This document shows positions 53,444 through 63,064 of a stretch of 64,000 nucleotides of DNA, piece by piece. Positions within the stretch are counted from its first letter, which is position 1; each line of letters opens with the position of its first letter. Below the pieces are notes generated by a model. It was not told the origin of the DNA, searched no databases, and worked only from the letters and a program-made list of their open reading frames with translations. This DNA is from an uncultured Gemmatimonadales bacterium (GTDB taxonomy: Bacteria > Gemmatimonadota > Gemmatimonadetes > Gemmatimonadales > GWC2-71-9), in contig CAWCFX010000004.1 of NCBI GenBank assembly GCA_963795085.1, positions 256,001-320,000 on the forward strand. Direction: 5' to 3'. The translations under genes were made by a program, and so were the position numbers.

Positions 53444-54561
53444 ACCATCATACTGGCGGCGGAATAGTGACTGACTTCCGAGAGTTGTCTCGTACCCTCG
53501 TGTTGTTCCTGGGAGTGGCCGCGGCGGCCTGCGGAAAAAAAGACGCTGGCGCCGCCGGTGGCGAAGGGGGCGGCCCTCCCGGGGGGTTCGCCATGCCGGT
53601 GGAGGTCGCCGTCGCCAGCCGGGACACGGTGGTCGAAGCGCTCCAGGCGACCGGCCAGATCGAAGCCGTGCAGTCCATCGACCTGAAGCCGGAAGTGGAA
53701 GGCCGGATCACGGCCATCCTGATCAGAGAAGGCCAGAATGTGGGGAAGGGCGCCCCGCTGTTCCGCATTGACGATGCCGAGCTCAAGGCCCAGGTCGCCC
53801 AGGCCGAAGCGGAATGGGACCTGGCCAGCCAGGCGCTCAAGCGGACCCGTGACCTGCTGGCGCAGAACGCGTCGTCCGCCGCCGACCTGGAGCGAGCCGA
53901 GGCAACGGAGCGCTCCACCCGGGCCCAGCGGGACCTGCTCAAGGTGCGCGAGGACCGCACCACCGTCCGGGCGCCGTTCGGCGGCGTGGTGGGCCAGCGG
54001 TCGGTCAGCCTGGGCGACTATGTCACGACCGCCACGACGCTCATCTCGCTGCAAACGGTGGATCCGCAGCGGGCGGTCTTCACGGTCCCGGAGCGCTACG
54101 CCGAACGCCTGCAGTCCGGCCAGCGGGTCCAGATCCGGGTCGCATCGCTGGCGAACCGGGAGTTCACCGGGGTGGTGGATTTCGTGGACCCGGTGGTCCA
54201 GCAGCCGGCCCGCACCATCCTGGTCAAGGCCCAGGTGTCCAACGGGCGGCGCCAGCTGCAGCCGGGCATGTTCATCGAAGCCCGGCTGGCCACCGAGGTG
54301 CGGCCCAACGCCGTGCTGGTGCCCGAGGAAGCCATCGTGCCCATGCAGGGCGGCAGTTTTGTCTGGGTGGTGGTGGACGGCAAAGCCGCCCGGCGCGAGG
54401 TAGGGTTGGGAATCCGGATCCCCGGGTTCGTGGAAATCCGCAGTGGAGTGGACGAGGGCGAACAGGTCATCGTGGGCGGGATGGAGCGCATCGCGATGGA
54501 TGGCATGCCGGTCAACCCGGCGGTCGTGGAGCGTGCTGCGGCGACCCCGCGGGAGAACTGA
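53440..54561 (+). CDS. RND periplasmic adaptor (MFP) lipoprotein
   Basis: AAAC lipobox, EVEGRI, VRAPFGGVVG, LQPGMF and VLVPEEAI. Start may be GTG 53467. Confidence 0.93.
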   Translation: MNHHTGGGIVTDFRELSRTLVLFLGVAAAACGKKDAGAAGGEGGGPPGGFAMPVEVAVASRDTVVEALQATGQIEAVQSIDLKPEVEGRITAILIREGQNVGKGAPLFRIDDAELKAQVAQAEAEWDLASQALKRTRDLLAQNASSAADLERAEATERSTRAQRDLLKVREDRTTVRAPFGGVVGQRSVSLGDYVTTATTLISLQTVDPQRAVFTVPERYAERLQSGQRVQIRVASLANREFTGVVDFVDPVVQQPARTILVKAQVSNGRRQLQPGMFIEARLATEVRPNAVLVPEEAIVPMQGGSFVWVVVDGKAARREVGLGIRIPGFVEIRSGVDEGEQVIVGGMERIAMDGMPVNPAVVERAAATPREN

Positions 54562-54563
54562 CG

Positions 54564-54887
54564 CTACAACAACCCCGACTTGGCCGCCTGCCACAGTTTG
54601 CAGAGCCGGTCAAAACCATCCTGCAGGATCTCGACTTGCTGGGGACTGGGGCTGGCGGCGATGGCCAGTTCCAGTTCCCCCGCGATGATCCCCATCTCCC
54701 GGCGCGCCGCCCGGGCGCTTTCCTCCTTGATGCTGGCGATCACCTGTACCAGCTCGGCTCGGACTGCGGCATCGCCGGGCACCTGCCAGAGATACTCGGT
54801 CGAGGACTTCCCCTTGAAGCACAGTTCGCCCAGCGGATCCATGAGAGGGAACGAGGACCTGCGGGGGCCGGCAGGGGGCTGATTCAT
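54564..54887 (-). CDS. Small helical hypothetical protein
   Basis: 107-aa ORF with amphipathic helices, filling the gap between the MFP and DUF1810 genes. Confidence 0.55.
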   Translation of the reverse strand: MNQPPAGPRRSSFPLMDPLGELCFKGKSSTEYLWQVPGDAAVRAELVQVIASIKEESARAARREMGIIAGELELAIAASPSPQQVEILQDGFDRLCKLWQAAKSGLL

Positions 54888-54925
54888 GGCCTGCTCCGAA
54901 TCGAATGAGTACCGATGGGTGGCGA

Positions 54926-55381
54926 TCAGTCGCCGGTGCCGCGGTTCAGGAGGCGAAGCGTCTGTTCGTCCCGGGCGCCACCATAATACCTGGCGAGTAT
55001 CAGGTCAAACACCGAATCCGGCTGGGACACCTCCGCAAACAACGTCGCGCATGACCGGAGCTTCAGATCATCCGGCCGGCCGAAGATCTCCAGCGCGCTC
55101 CGGCCCTTCACCGCCATCGCTGCCTCGGCGCACTGGACCAGGCGGGGTCCCAGCACCGGGTGCGCCAGGTACGCCCGGGCCTCTTCGAGGTCCCGGATCG
55201 CGAAATGCCGTGCGGTGGCACTCGAACCCAGCCCGGCCAACTGGGGAAAGATGTACCACATCCAGTGGCTGCGTTTCCGGCCATCCGTGATCTCGGCCAG
55301 GGCTCGCTGGTAGTCATGCTGCTGGGCGCGGGTGAAACGCGCCAGGTCGAAACGGTCCTGATCCGGGAAGCTGGTCGTCAT
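54926..55381 (-). CDS. DUF1810 family protein
   Basis: GRKRSHWMWYIFPQL, YLAHPVLGPRL and DDLKLRSCATLF. Confidence 0.9.
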   Translation of the reverse strand: MTTSFPDQDRFDLARFTRAQQHDYQRALAEITDGRKRSHWMWYIFPQLAGLGSSATARHFAIRDLEEARAYLAHPVLGPRLVQCAEAAMAVKGRSALEIFGRPDDLKLRSCATLFAEVSQPDSVFDLILARYYGGARDEQTLRLLNRGTGD

Positions 55382-55495
55382 GTATGGCCGGTGAAGTTCC
55401 CCTGGACGCGGGCGGGGCCAGTCCCTGCGGCGGTCGAAATCAAATTATGTTGCCTGACGACGTGGTTCCAGTCGGCACCGACCCTTTCCGAGAGC

Positions 55496-55942
55496 ATGGC
55501 CATGGGACAGACCTGCCGCGAAATCATGACCCAGAACCCCGCCTGCGCCGAACCCGGCGACACGGTGGAACAGGTCGCGGTTCTGATGGGCACGCACAAT
55601 GTCGGCTCGGTCCCGGTCGTGGAGTCGCGGGAGTCGCTGTCGCCGGTCGGCATCGTGACGGACCGCGATCTCACGCTCAAGGTATTGGCGACGGGCCGCG
55701 ACCCGCGGCAGGTCAAGGTCGGCGAGGTAATGACCCCGCGCCCGATCACCTGCCACCCCGACGACCAGATCAGCCGGGCGCTGGAGACCATGGGCCGCCA
55801 CAAGGTGCGGCGCCTCCCGGTGGTGGAGCACGGCAAGGTCATCGGCATCATCGCCCAGGCGGACATCGCGATCCGCCTCAATGCCCCCGCCGACACCGCC
55901 GCCCTGGTCGAAGAGATATCCCGCGAGTGGAAGGACATGTGA
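55496..55942 (+). CDS. CBS domain pair protein
   Basis: IMTQNP, VGSVPVV, GIVTDRDL and VRRLPVV. Confidence 0.9.
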   Translation: MAMGQTCREIMTQNPACAEPGDTVEQVAVLMGTHNVGSVPVVESRESLSPVGIVTDRDLTLKVLATGRDPRQVKVGEVMTPRPITCHPDDQISRALETMGRHKVRRLPVVEHGKVIGIIAQADIAIRLNAPADTAALVEEISREWKDM

Positions 55943-57855
55943 AGCTCGCCCTCCTGTTCGCCGCGCTGGCGGGCCTGGCGCCCGGGATCCTCGATGCGCA
56001 GGTCGCCGGCCGGTGGAGGCTTTCGCTCGACCTGCTTCCCGGGTCTTCCGTCTCCGGTGAACTGGTCCTCACCGAAGAACCGGGTGGCAGGCTGCTCCTC
56101 GAAAATCGCGACTCCGCCTGGATGCCGCTGCGTGAGGTCCGCTTCGCCGGCGATTCCGTCGCCTTTACGGTGCTGGCCGGCTCCCGGCTGCGCTTTGAGG
56201 GAAGCCGTGCTGGATCCGCGCTTTCGGGCATCCTGGCGGCCGAAGGCGGCAGGCGGGTCCCCTGGCGCGCGGTGCGACTGGATCCGGAGGAAGAGTTCTA
56301 CGCGGCGGTACCGCGATTCGTCCAGCGCCAGATGACCATCGGCGCCGACCCACCCCTGGTCGTTCCCGGCCAGTGGCTGGCGGCCTCCCATGCCATGGGC
56401 GAAAGGCCCGAGTCCGCCACGACCCGGTACACCGAGGTCGCCCTCCGGTCGGGCCTCGCACCGCTTCCTCCCGACAGCGTCCAGGGGCTGGCGCTGTTCC
56501 GTGCGATGGGCCTGTTCGACCGCGAGGGGTTGCACCGGGCCGCGCTGGGCACGCTCGAGAACATGCGACGGTCGCTGGCGAACGACACCTCGGTGGCCCG
56601 GTTCGATAACCTCTTCCGGCCCGGTGGCCGCTGGCAGGTGGATATCCACGATGTCGCCCTGGCCCGGGCCCGCCGGCCTTTTCCGACCCTGCACTGGGCA
56701 TCCGCGGAGCCCGCGCTCGCCGCGGCGGGCCTCATCGAACGCCGGGCCGGAGTGGACGCGCTGCCGCTGGCCCTCTACCGTCTCGCCGTACAGGCCCAGA
56801 ACGATACCCTGGCCTGGCGGACTACAATCGCGACCATCCGGCAGGCGGACGCGTCGAGCGCAGCCGCGGTCCTGGCGCTGGTCTCAGGGTACGGCGAGGC
56901 GAGCGAGTGGTACGGGCAAGCCATGCAGTTCCTGCTCACTGCAGACTGGATCCCGGCCGGCGGCCGGACTCGTTCGGCGGCGGACCTGGTCCGCGAGGCG
57001 TGGGGTTCTTCGGCGCCGGTTCCCGACATCAGGGCACGGTCGTTTGGCTATCCCGAAGGCGCCGTCCGCATCGGGACCGACAGTCTGCTCGCCGCCCGGA
57101 TTCTTCAGCCGGAGAACGCCTCGGCGCGGGACTGGATTGCCCGCCACGGCTACCGCCGCCTCCTCCAGGCGATACACCGGCTTCGGGTGCCGGCCGGCGA
57201 GGCCACCCGGCTCGCGGCAGGGAAGGCTTCCTACCGGCTGAGTTCCGTCGAGTGGTATGCGGGAGAGTCTTTCAGCGGATTCCTGGAGCCCCGCGACCTG
57301 ATTCTCCTCGATCCCAGCTACAGCCCCTTGCTGGCGCTGGGGACCCTGGTGCATGAGTGGCAGCACATCCTCCAGGGCCGGGCGAGGCAGGTCCTCGGGC
57401 CCGGCGGCGGGTTTGCCCAGGACGGGGAACAGGTCCGGATTCAGGTCCCCGATCCTTTCCTGGCCGAGGGGCTTGCCGAGTGGATGACGGAAACCATCCT
57501 GGCGCCGGCCGTGGCCGAGTATCCGCTACTGGCGTTCGGCGAAACCGAGAAGCGGATCTCACTTCCGCAGAACGACCCGCACAACCTCGGTTATCTGCTG
57601 GTCCGGACGCTGGCCCGGACGCTCAACGATGTGGAGGCCACCCGCCGCCTGCTGGTGGAGGCGACCGGCGATGCCCGGGTCGTGGTGCTCGACCCCCGGA
57701 TCCGGCGGGCCTGGAGCCGGTTTCGGGGGCCGGACCGGCCGGTTGCCCGCCACGGGGATCCGGTCCTGCTGCCGGAGGCGATTTTCACGATCGAGGACGG
57801 CGAGCCCGATCTGGTTCAGTCCCGCATCATTGCTCCCTATATTTCGGCCCCATGA
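55939..57855 (+). CDS. Secreted protein with a gluzincin-type zinc metallopeptidase motif
   Basis: Signal peptide; LVHEWQH and downstream LAEGLAEW. Coupled to both neighbours. Confidence 0.65.
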   Translation: MKLALLFAALAGLAPGILDAQVAGRWRLSLDLLPGSSVSGELVLTEEPGGRLLLENRDSAWMPLREVRFAGDSVAFTVLAGSRLRFEGSRAGSALSGILAAEGGRRVPWRAVRLDPEEEFYAAVPRFVQRQMTIGADPPLVVPGQWLAASHAMGERPESATTRYTEVALRSGLAPLPPDSVQGLALFRAMGLFDREGLHRAALGTLENMRRSLANDTSVARFDNLFRPGGRWQVDIHDVALARARRPFPTLHWASAEPALAAAGLIERRAGVDALPLALYRLAVQAQNDTLAWRTTIATIRQADASSAAAVLALVSGYGEASEWYGQAMQFLLTADWIPAGGRTRSAADLVREAWGSSAPVPDIRARSFGYPEGAVRIGTDSLLAARILQPENASARDWIARHGYRRLLQAIHRLRVPAGEATRLAAGKASYRLSSVEWYAGESFSGFLEPRDLILLDPSYSPLLALGTLVHEWQHILQGRARQVLGPGGGFAQDGEQVRIQVPDPFLAEGLAEWMTETILAPAVAEYPLLAFGETEKRISLPQNDPHNLGYLLVRTLARTLNDVEATRRLLVEATGDARVVVLDPRIRRAWSRFRGPDRPVARHGDPVLLPEAIFTIEDGEPDLVQSRIIAPYISAP

Positions 57856-59447
57856 AACTCCCCTTTGTAACCCTGGGAATCCTGGCGCTGTACGGGAGCC
57901 CGCTCCCGGCCCAGGTGACCACGGCCGAGCAGACGGGGTATCGGGAGACTTCGGCCTACAGCGAGGTCTTCGGGTTCCTGGATTCCCTGGAACGGAGAAC
58001 CGGCGACCTGCTCCGCTGGCGGCTGGGCACGACAGCCGAAGGCCGGGAACTGCCGGTCGTCCTGGCGTCCCGGCCCATGGTGCACGGGCCAGCGGCGGCC
58101 CACCGGTCGGGCAAGCCGCTGGTCTATCTCCAGGCCAACATTCACGGCGGCGAAGTAGAGGGGAAAGAGGCGGTGCAGATGCTCCTGAGGGACCTGACGA
58201 CCGGTGCCCTGCGGCCGCTGCTGGACAGCATCATCCTGCTGGTTGTCCCTATCTACAACGCCGATGGGAACGAGCGCCTGGCCCCGGCCGACCGCAACCG
58301 GCCCGGCCAGAACGGGCCGCCGGAGGTGGGCGAGCGGTCCAACGGCCAGGGACTCGATCTCAACCGTGATTACGTAAAGCAGGAGGCCCCGGAAACCCGG
58401 GCCGCGCTGGCCCTTCTCGACCGCTGGAATCCGGATTTCTTCATTGACCTGCATACCACCAACGGCAGCTATCACGGATACCTGCTGACCTATTCCCCGG
58501 GGCTGAACCCCAACAGTGCACCGGCCAACGAATACGTGCGGGACCGGTTTCTCCCCGCCATCCGGGAACGGATGCGGCGCCGGCACGGTCAGGAGACGTT
58601 CTGGTACGGGAACTTCCGGAACCAGACGCCGGACTCGCTGGTACAGGGATGGGAGACCTACGATGGGCGGGCGCGCTACGGGACCAACCTGGCCGGGCTG
58701 CAGGGGCGGATTTCCATCCTGAGCGAGGCCTACAGCAACGCGCCGTTCCAGGACCGGGTGTCGGTGACCTATAACTTCGTCCGTGAAATCCTGAGCCTGG
58801 CCGCGGAGGAGCGGAGCCAGGTGAAATCGGTGGTCGCGGCGACCAGCCGCTACCGCCCCGACTCGGTGGTGCTTCGCTCCGCGCTGGCCCCGGCCACCGA
58901 GCAGGACGTGATCGCAGAGCTCACGGAGCCGGCCGGCGACGGGGCGGGGCCGTTCGCGCAGCGGCGGCGAACCGGGGAGTACCGCACCATTCGCATGCCG
59001 GTGTACGACCGGTTTGTGGGGGTGCGGCGAACAGCCCGGCCGGCGGGCTACCTGGTGCCGCCCCAGCACGGCCACCTGGTCACCCTGCTGCACCGCCAGG
59101 GTGTACTGGTCCAGCGGTTCCGAGTGCAGTGGAGCGGGGCGGCCGAAACATTCATGGTGGACAGCGTTTCGGTGGCTCGCGGCGTCTTCGAAGGGCACCG
59201 CACGATCGCGGTGGAGGGCCGCTGGGGCCGGGTCGAAGCCGTCGCGGCGCCCGGCTGGTTCTATGTTTCCACCGATCAGCCGCTCGGGGTCCTGGCGGCG
59301 TACCTGCTGGAGCCCGAGAGCGAAGACGGGTTCGCAACCTGGAACCTGCTGGATCGCGACCTCAGGCCCCGTGCCAGGTTTCCGGTCATCCGGGTCATCC
59401 ATCCCATCCTGGGCGGACTGGTCGTGGTCGGTCCGGAGGAGAACTGA
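57852..59447 (+). CDS. M14 family zinc carboxypeptidase
   Basis: IHGGEVEGKE, YNADG, DLNRD and IDLHTT; signal peptide. Confidence 0.9.
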   Translation: MKLPFVTLGILALYGSPLPAQVTTAEQTGYRETSAYSEVFGFLDSLERRTGDLLRWRLGTTAEGRELPVVLASRPMVHGPAAAHRSGKPLVYLQANIHGGEVEGKEAVQMLLRDLTTGALRPLLDSIILLVVPIYNADGNERLAPADRNRPGQNGPPEVGERSNGQGLDLNRDYVKQEAPETRAALALLDRWNPDFFIDLHTTNGSYHGYLLTYSPGLNPNSAPANEYVRDRFLPAIRERMRRRHGQETFWYGNFRNQTPDSLVQGWETYDGRARYGTNLAGLQGRISILSEAYSNAPFQDRVSVTYNFVREILSLAAEERSQVKSVVAATSRYRPDSVVLRSALAPATEQDVIAELTEPAGDGAGPFAQRRRTGEYRTIRMPVYDRFVGVRRTARPAGYLVPPQHGHLVTLLHRQGVLVQRFRVQWSGAAETFMVDSVSVARGVFEGHRTIAVEGRWGRVEAVAAPGWFYVSTDQPLGVLAAYLLEPESEDGFATWNLLDRDLRPRARFPVIRVIHPILGGLVVVGPEEN

Positions 59448-59448
59448 A

Positions 59449-59913
59449 ATGGCCGTGTTGAAGGCGGGTGACCGGGCGCCGGCATTCGCGTTGCCCGCTG
59501 ATACGGGAGAGACCATCTCGCTCGGCGCCCTCCAGGGCAAGCCGGTGGTGCTCTATTTCTATCCCAAGGACGATACCAGCGGGTGCACGACCCAGGCCTG
59601 CGAGTTCCGCGACAGCTGGCGCGAGGTCCGGCAATCAGGTGCCGTGGTCCTCGGCGTATCGCCGGACGGGGTGACGTCGCACCAGAAGTTCCGCCGGAAG
59701 TACGACCTGCCCTTCCCGCTCCTGGCCGACCAGGACCACGCTGTCGCGGAGGCCTACGGCGCGTGGGGCGAGAAGTCGATGTACGGCAGGAAGTACCAGG
59801 GAATCCTGCGGACCACGTTTGTCATCGGGGCGGACGGCAGGATCCTGAAGGTGTTTGAAAAAGTGAAACCCAGGGGCCATGCGGCCCAGGTGCTGGACAC
59901 GCTGCGGGGCTGA
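59449..59913 (+). CDS. bcp: Thioredoxin-dependent thiol peroxidase Bcp
   Basis: LYFYPKDDTSGCTTQAC, GVSPD and RTTFVI. Confidence 0.95.
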   Translation: MAVLKAGDRAPAFALPADTGETISLGALQGKPVVLYFYPKDDTSGCTTQACEFRDSWREVRQSGAVVLGVSPDGVTSHQKFRRKYDLPFPLLADQDHAVAEAYGAWGEKSMYGRKYQGILRTTFVIGADGRILKVFEKVKPRGHAAQVLDTLRG

Positions 59914-59974
59914 GCGGTCTCACCCGGGCGGCGGCCCGTCATGCCAATCAACAAAACGATGGAGTCATCGAGCG

Positions 59975-61045
59975 ATGCGAGGATGGAGTATTCTGGGAGC
60001 CGGCATGTTGGGGATGGGCGGGCTCGGCCTGGCATTGGCCGGCTGCGGCCGGCCCGGCACGGCGGCGGTCACGGTGCAGCCGGAGCCGGGCGAGGCGCAT
60101 CTGGCCAACATCCGGCAGCTTACGTCCGGCGGCAACAATGCCGAGTCGTACTTTTCCAAGTCGGGCCGGCAGCTGATCTTCCAGCGGCAGGAGGAGGTCA
60201 ACGCCGGCTGCGACCAGCAATACATCATCAATCTCGATGGTACCGGTATGCGCCGGGTCTCCAATGGCCAGGGCCGCACCACCTGCGGGTATTTCTACGA
60301 CAACGACCGCCGCATCTTCTACAGTTCGACCTTCCGGCACTCGCCCGCCTGCCCCGCGCCGCCAGATCGCTCCCGGGGGTACGTCTGGCCACTTGACCCC
60401 CTGGAGATCTACACATCCAGGACCGACGGTTCCGATCTGCGGCAACTGACCGATAATGGCGCCTACAATGCCGAGGGTACGCTATCCCCGGATGGCCGGA
60501 CCATCATCTTCACCAGCACCCGGGACGGCGATATCGAGCTGTACACCATGAACGTGGACGGCAGCAACGTGCGCCGGCTGACCCACCGGGTCGGCTACGA
60601 CGGGGGTGCCTTCTTCTCGCCCGACGGCCGCCATCTCGTGTGGCGGGCCGGCTATCCGGCCACCACCGCCGACACGGCCGACTACCTGGGCCTGCTGGCC
60701 CAGCGCCTGGTGCGACCCTCCCGGGTTGAACTGTGGATGGCCGATGCCGACGGCGGGAACCCGCGGCAGGTCACCCGGCTCGGCGGGGCCAACTTCGCGC
60801 CCTACTTCCATCCTGATGGCCGGCGGATCATCTTTTCGTCCAACTACGAGAATCCCCGGAGCCGGAACTTCGACCTGTTCCTCATCAACACCGACGGCAC
60901 CGGCCTCACCAGGATCACCTCGCACGGCGATTTCGACGGGTTCCCGGTGTTCAGCCCCGACGGGCGGAAACTGGTCTGGGCGTCCAACCGTCATTCCAGA
61001 GAAGAAGGCGAGACCAACCTGTTCGTGGCGGACTGGGTGGAGTAG
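59975..61045 (+). CDS. TolB-like lipoprotein with PD40 repeats
   Basis: LAGC lipobox; repeated SPDG/HPDG..I[IV]F.S units. Confidence 0.87.
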   Translation: MRGWSILGAGMLGMGGLGLALAGCGRPGTAAVTVQPEPGEAHLANIRQLTSGGNNAESYFSKSGRQLIFQRQEEVNAGCDQQYIINLDGTGMRRVSNGQGRTTCGYFYDNDRRIFYSSTFRHSPACPAPPDRSRGYVWPLDPLEIYTSRTDGSDLRQLTDNGAYNAEGTLSPDGRTIIFTSTRDGDIELYTMNVDGSNVRRLTHRVGYDGGAFFSPDGRHLVWRAGYPATTADTADYLGLLAQRLVRPSRVELWMADADGGNPRQVTRLGGANFAPYFHPDGRRIIFSSNYENPRSRNFDLFLINTDGTGLTRITSHGDFDGFPVFSPDGRKLVWASNRHSREEGETNLFVADWVE

Positions 61046-61107
61046 GGCATGCCTTCAGGTTTCAGACTGCTGATCGCCATCGCGGTAGCCACTAGCCGGG
61101 ACATTTC

Positions 61108-61860
61108 ATGAGCACGAGCACGACCCCGACCGCCGAGACCCCTGATGGAGGTTCTCACCACCCTCGCGCATTCACCGCCTGGCTCTGGGACTGGACCAAG
61201 TCCATCGCCATTGCGCTGGTGGTGTGGATGGTGCTTCGGACCTTTCTGATCGAAGCCTTCCGGATTCCATCCGGCAGCATGGAAAACACCCTGCTGGTCG
61301 GCGACTTCCTGTTCGTGAACAAGGCGCTGTACGGGGCCGAGGTCCCGTTCACCGGCCGCCGGCTCCCGGCGGTCCGCGAACCGGAGCGGGGCGACATCCT
61401 GGTCTTCGATTCGGTCGAAGAAGAAGACATGAAAGTGGTGAAGCGGCTGGTCGGCATGCCCGGCGATACGCTGAGCATGGTGGAAGGCGATCTCTTCCTG
61501 AACGGCCAGCGGGTGAACGAGCCCTATGCCGTGCGCAGCGATCCCAACAAAAGCGAAGAGCCCCTGCAGCGGGCCAAGATGCGCCGGTGGCAGGTCAACC
61601 ACCTGGTCGGCCGCGACCCCGCCACCTATCAGCCCGACCTGCATGACTGGGGACCGATCGTGGTACCGGCCGATTCGTTTTTCATGATGGGGGACAACCG
61701 GGACAGTTCCTACGACGGCCGCTACTGGGGATTCCTTCCCCGCCTTCATGTCCGGGGCCGGCCGCTGGTGGTGTACTTCAGCTACGATAAGACCAGCTAC
61801 AAGCCGCTGCCCTTTCTCTCCGCGATCCGGTGGGGAAGACTGCTGAGTACGCCGGACTGA
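61108..61860 (+). CDS. lepB: Signal peptidase I
   Basis: IPSGSMENTLLVGD, VKRLVGMPGD and MGDNRDSSYDGRYWG. Confidence 0.95.
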   Translation: MSTSTTPTAETPDGGSHHPRAFTAWLWDWTKSIAIALVVWMVLRTFLIEAFRIPSGSMENTLLVGDFLFVNKALYGAEVPFTGRRLPAVREPERGDILVFDSVEEEDMKVVKRLVGMPGDTLSMVEGDLFLNGQRVNEPYAVRSDPNKSEEPLQRAKMRRWQVNHLVGRDPATYQPDLHDWGPIVVPADSFFMMGDNRDSSYDGRYWGFLPRLHVRGRPLVVYFSYDKTSYKPLPFLSAIRWGRLLSTPD

Positions 61861-61864
61861 CCCG

Positions 61865-61890
61865 GCACTCTGCACTCTGCACTCTGCACT
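61865..61890. repeat. Heptamer tandem repeat (GCACTCT)x3 plus GCACT
   Basis: Fills the gap between the convergent lepB and MFS stop codons. Confidence 0.85.
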
Positions 61891-63064
61891 ATTTTTCTTC
61901 CGCCGCCCGAAGCGCCGCCCCGACCCCGGCCAGGGCGATGATGGCGCCCGCGAGAAAGACGGTACGTTCCCCGGCGACTTCCGCCAGGAACCCCGAGGTC
62001 GTCGGCCCCACGATCCGGGACACCGAGGCGATCCCCTGCAGGGTGCCCAGCGCGGCTCCCTGCCGGTGGGCCGGCGTTATCCTGGATACGAAACCGGTGA
62101 CGCTCGGCATGACGAGGCCGGTACCCAGAGCCATGCAGACCAGCGCCAGCAGGAGGGCCGCCAGCTCGAAGCGGGCCGCCAGGCCGGTGCCCTGGGTCGC
62201 GGGAACCAGCGCCATCCCCACCGCCAGCGAGGTGCCGCCGGCGAGCATCAGGGCCCGCTCCCCGAAGCGCCGCACCAACCCACCGATCAGCCAGCCCTGC
62301 ACCATCACCGATATCAATCCCAGCAGTACGAAGAAATAGGAAGTCGTGCGCTGGTCATACCCCAGGGTGCGGCCAGCGTAGAGGGGGAATACGACGTACA
62401 TCACCGTAAAGCTCAGCACCACCAGGAACATCACCGCGTAGGGCGCGACCAGGAGCCGCCAGGCGGAGGGGGCGAGGGTTCCTGCGTCCGACGGGCGGTG
62501 GACCCGGGTTTCCGGCAGCCGAAACCAGGCCAGGAGAAAACTGGCAAGGGAGATCCCAGCCGCGATGAACCCGGGCGCGCTGGCGCCCCACTGGACGGTG
62601 AGGCCGGCGATCGCCGGGCCCAGCACAAAACCGAGCCCGAACGCGGCGCCAATCAGGCCCATGGCGCGGGACCGGCCCTCGATCGGGGTGATGTCGGCGA
62701 GATAGGCCTGGGCGACGTTGACGGTCGCACCCATGCCGCCGGCCAATACCCTCGACAGCAGCAGGATCCAGAAACTGCCCGCGACCGCAAACAACAGGTA
62801 GCTGAGCGAACTGCCGACCAGCCCGATCAGGATGACCGGGCGGCGGCCCACCCGGTCGCTGAGCCGGCCCCACCAGGGCGCCAGCAGGAACTGCATCAGG
62901 GAAAAGCTGGCGACCACGATGCCGATGGCGGTTTCGCTGGCGTGGAACCGGGCCGCGTAGCCCGGCAGGAGCGGCAGGACAATGCCGAATCCGACCAGGT
63001 CGATGACGACCGTGACGAACAGGGCGCCAACCGCCGAGCCGCTCGGACGGTCAGCGCGCGGCAT
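61889..63064 (-). CDS. MFS transporter (TetA/DHA1-like)
   Basis: DLVGFGIVLPLLP, motif A GRLSDRVGRRPV and motif C GFVLGPAIAG. Confidence 0.92.
   Translation of the reverse strand: MPRADRPSGSAVGALFVTVVIDLVGFGIVLPLLPGYAARFHASETAIGIVVASFSLMQFLLAPWWGRLSDRVGRRPVILIGLVGSSLSYLLFAVAGSFWILLLSRVLAGGMGATVNVAQAYLADITPIEGRSRAMGLIGAAFGLGFVLGPAIAGLTVQWGASAPGFIAAGISLASFLLAWFRLPETRVHRPSDAGTLAPSAWRLLVAPYAVMFLVVLSFTVMYVVFPLYAGRTLGYDQRTTSYFFVLLGLISVMVQGWLIGGLVRRFGERALMLAGGTSLAVGMALVPATQGTGLAARFELAALLLALVCMALGTGLVMPSVTGFVSRITPAHRQGAALGTLQGIASVSRIVGPTTSGFLAEVAGERTVFLAGAIIALAGVGAALRAAEEK

Noticed and set aside
55384..55938. Long N-terminal extensions in the ORF track (also on porin, mscS, M14, bcp, DAG kinase and tfoX ORFs)
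   Set aside because: They overlap real upstream genes in another frame; coupled downstream starts with signal peptides or RBS fit better.
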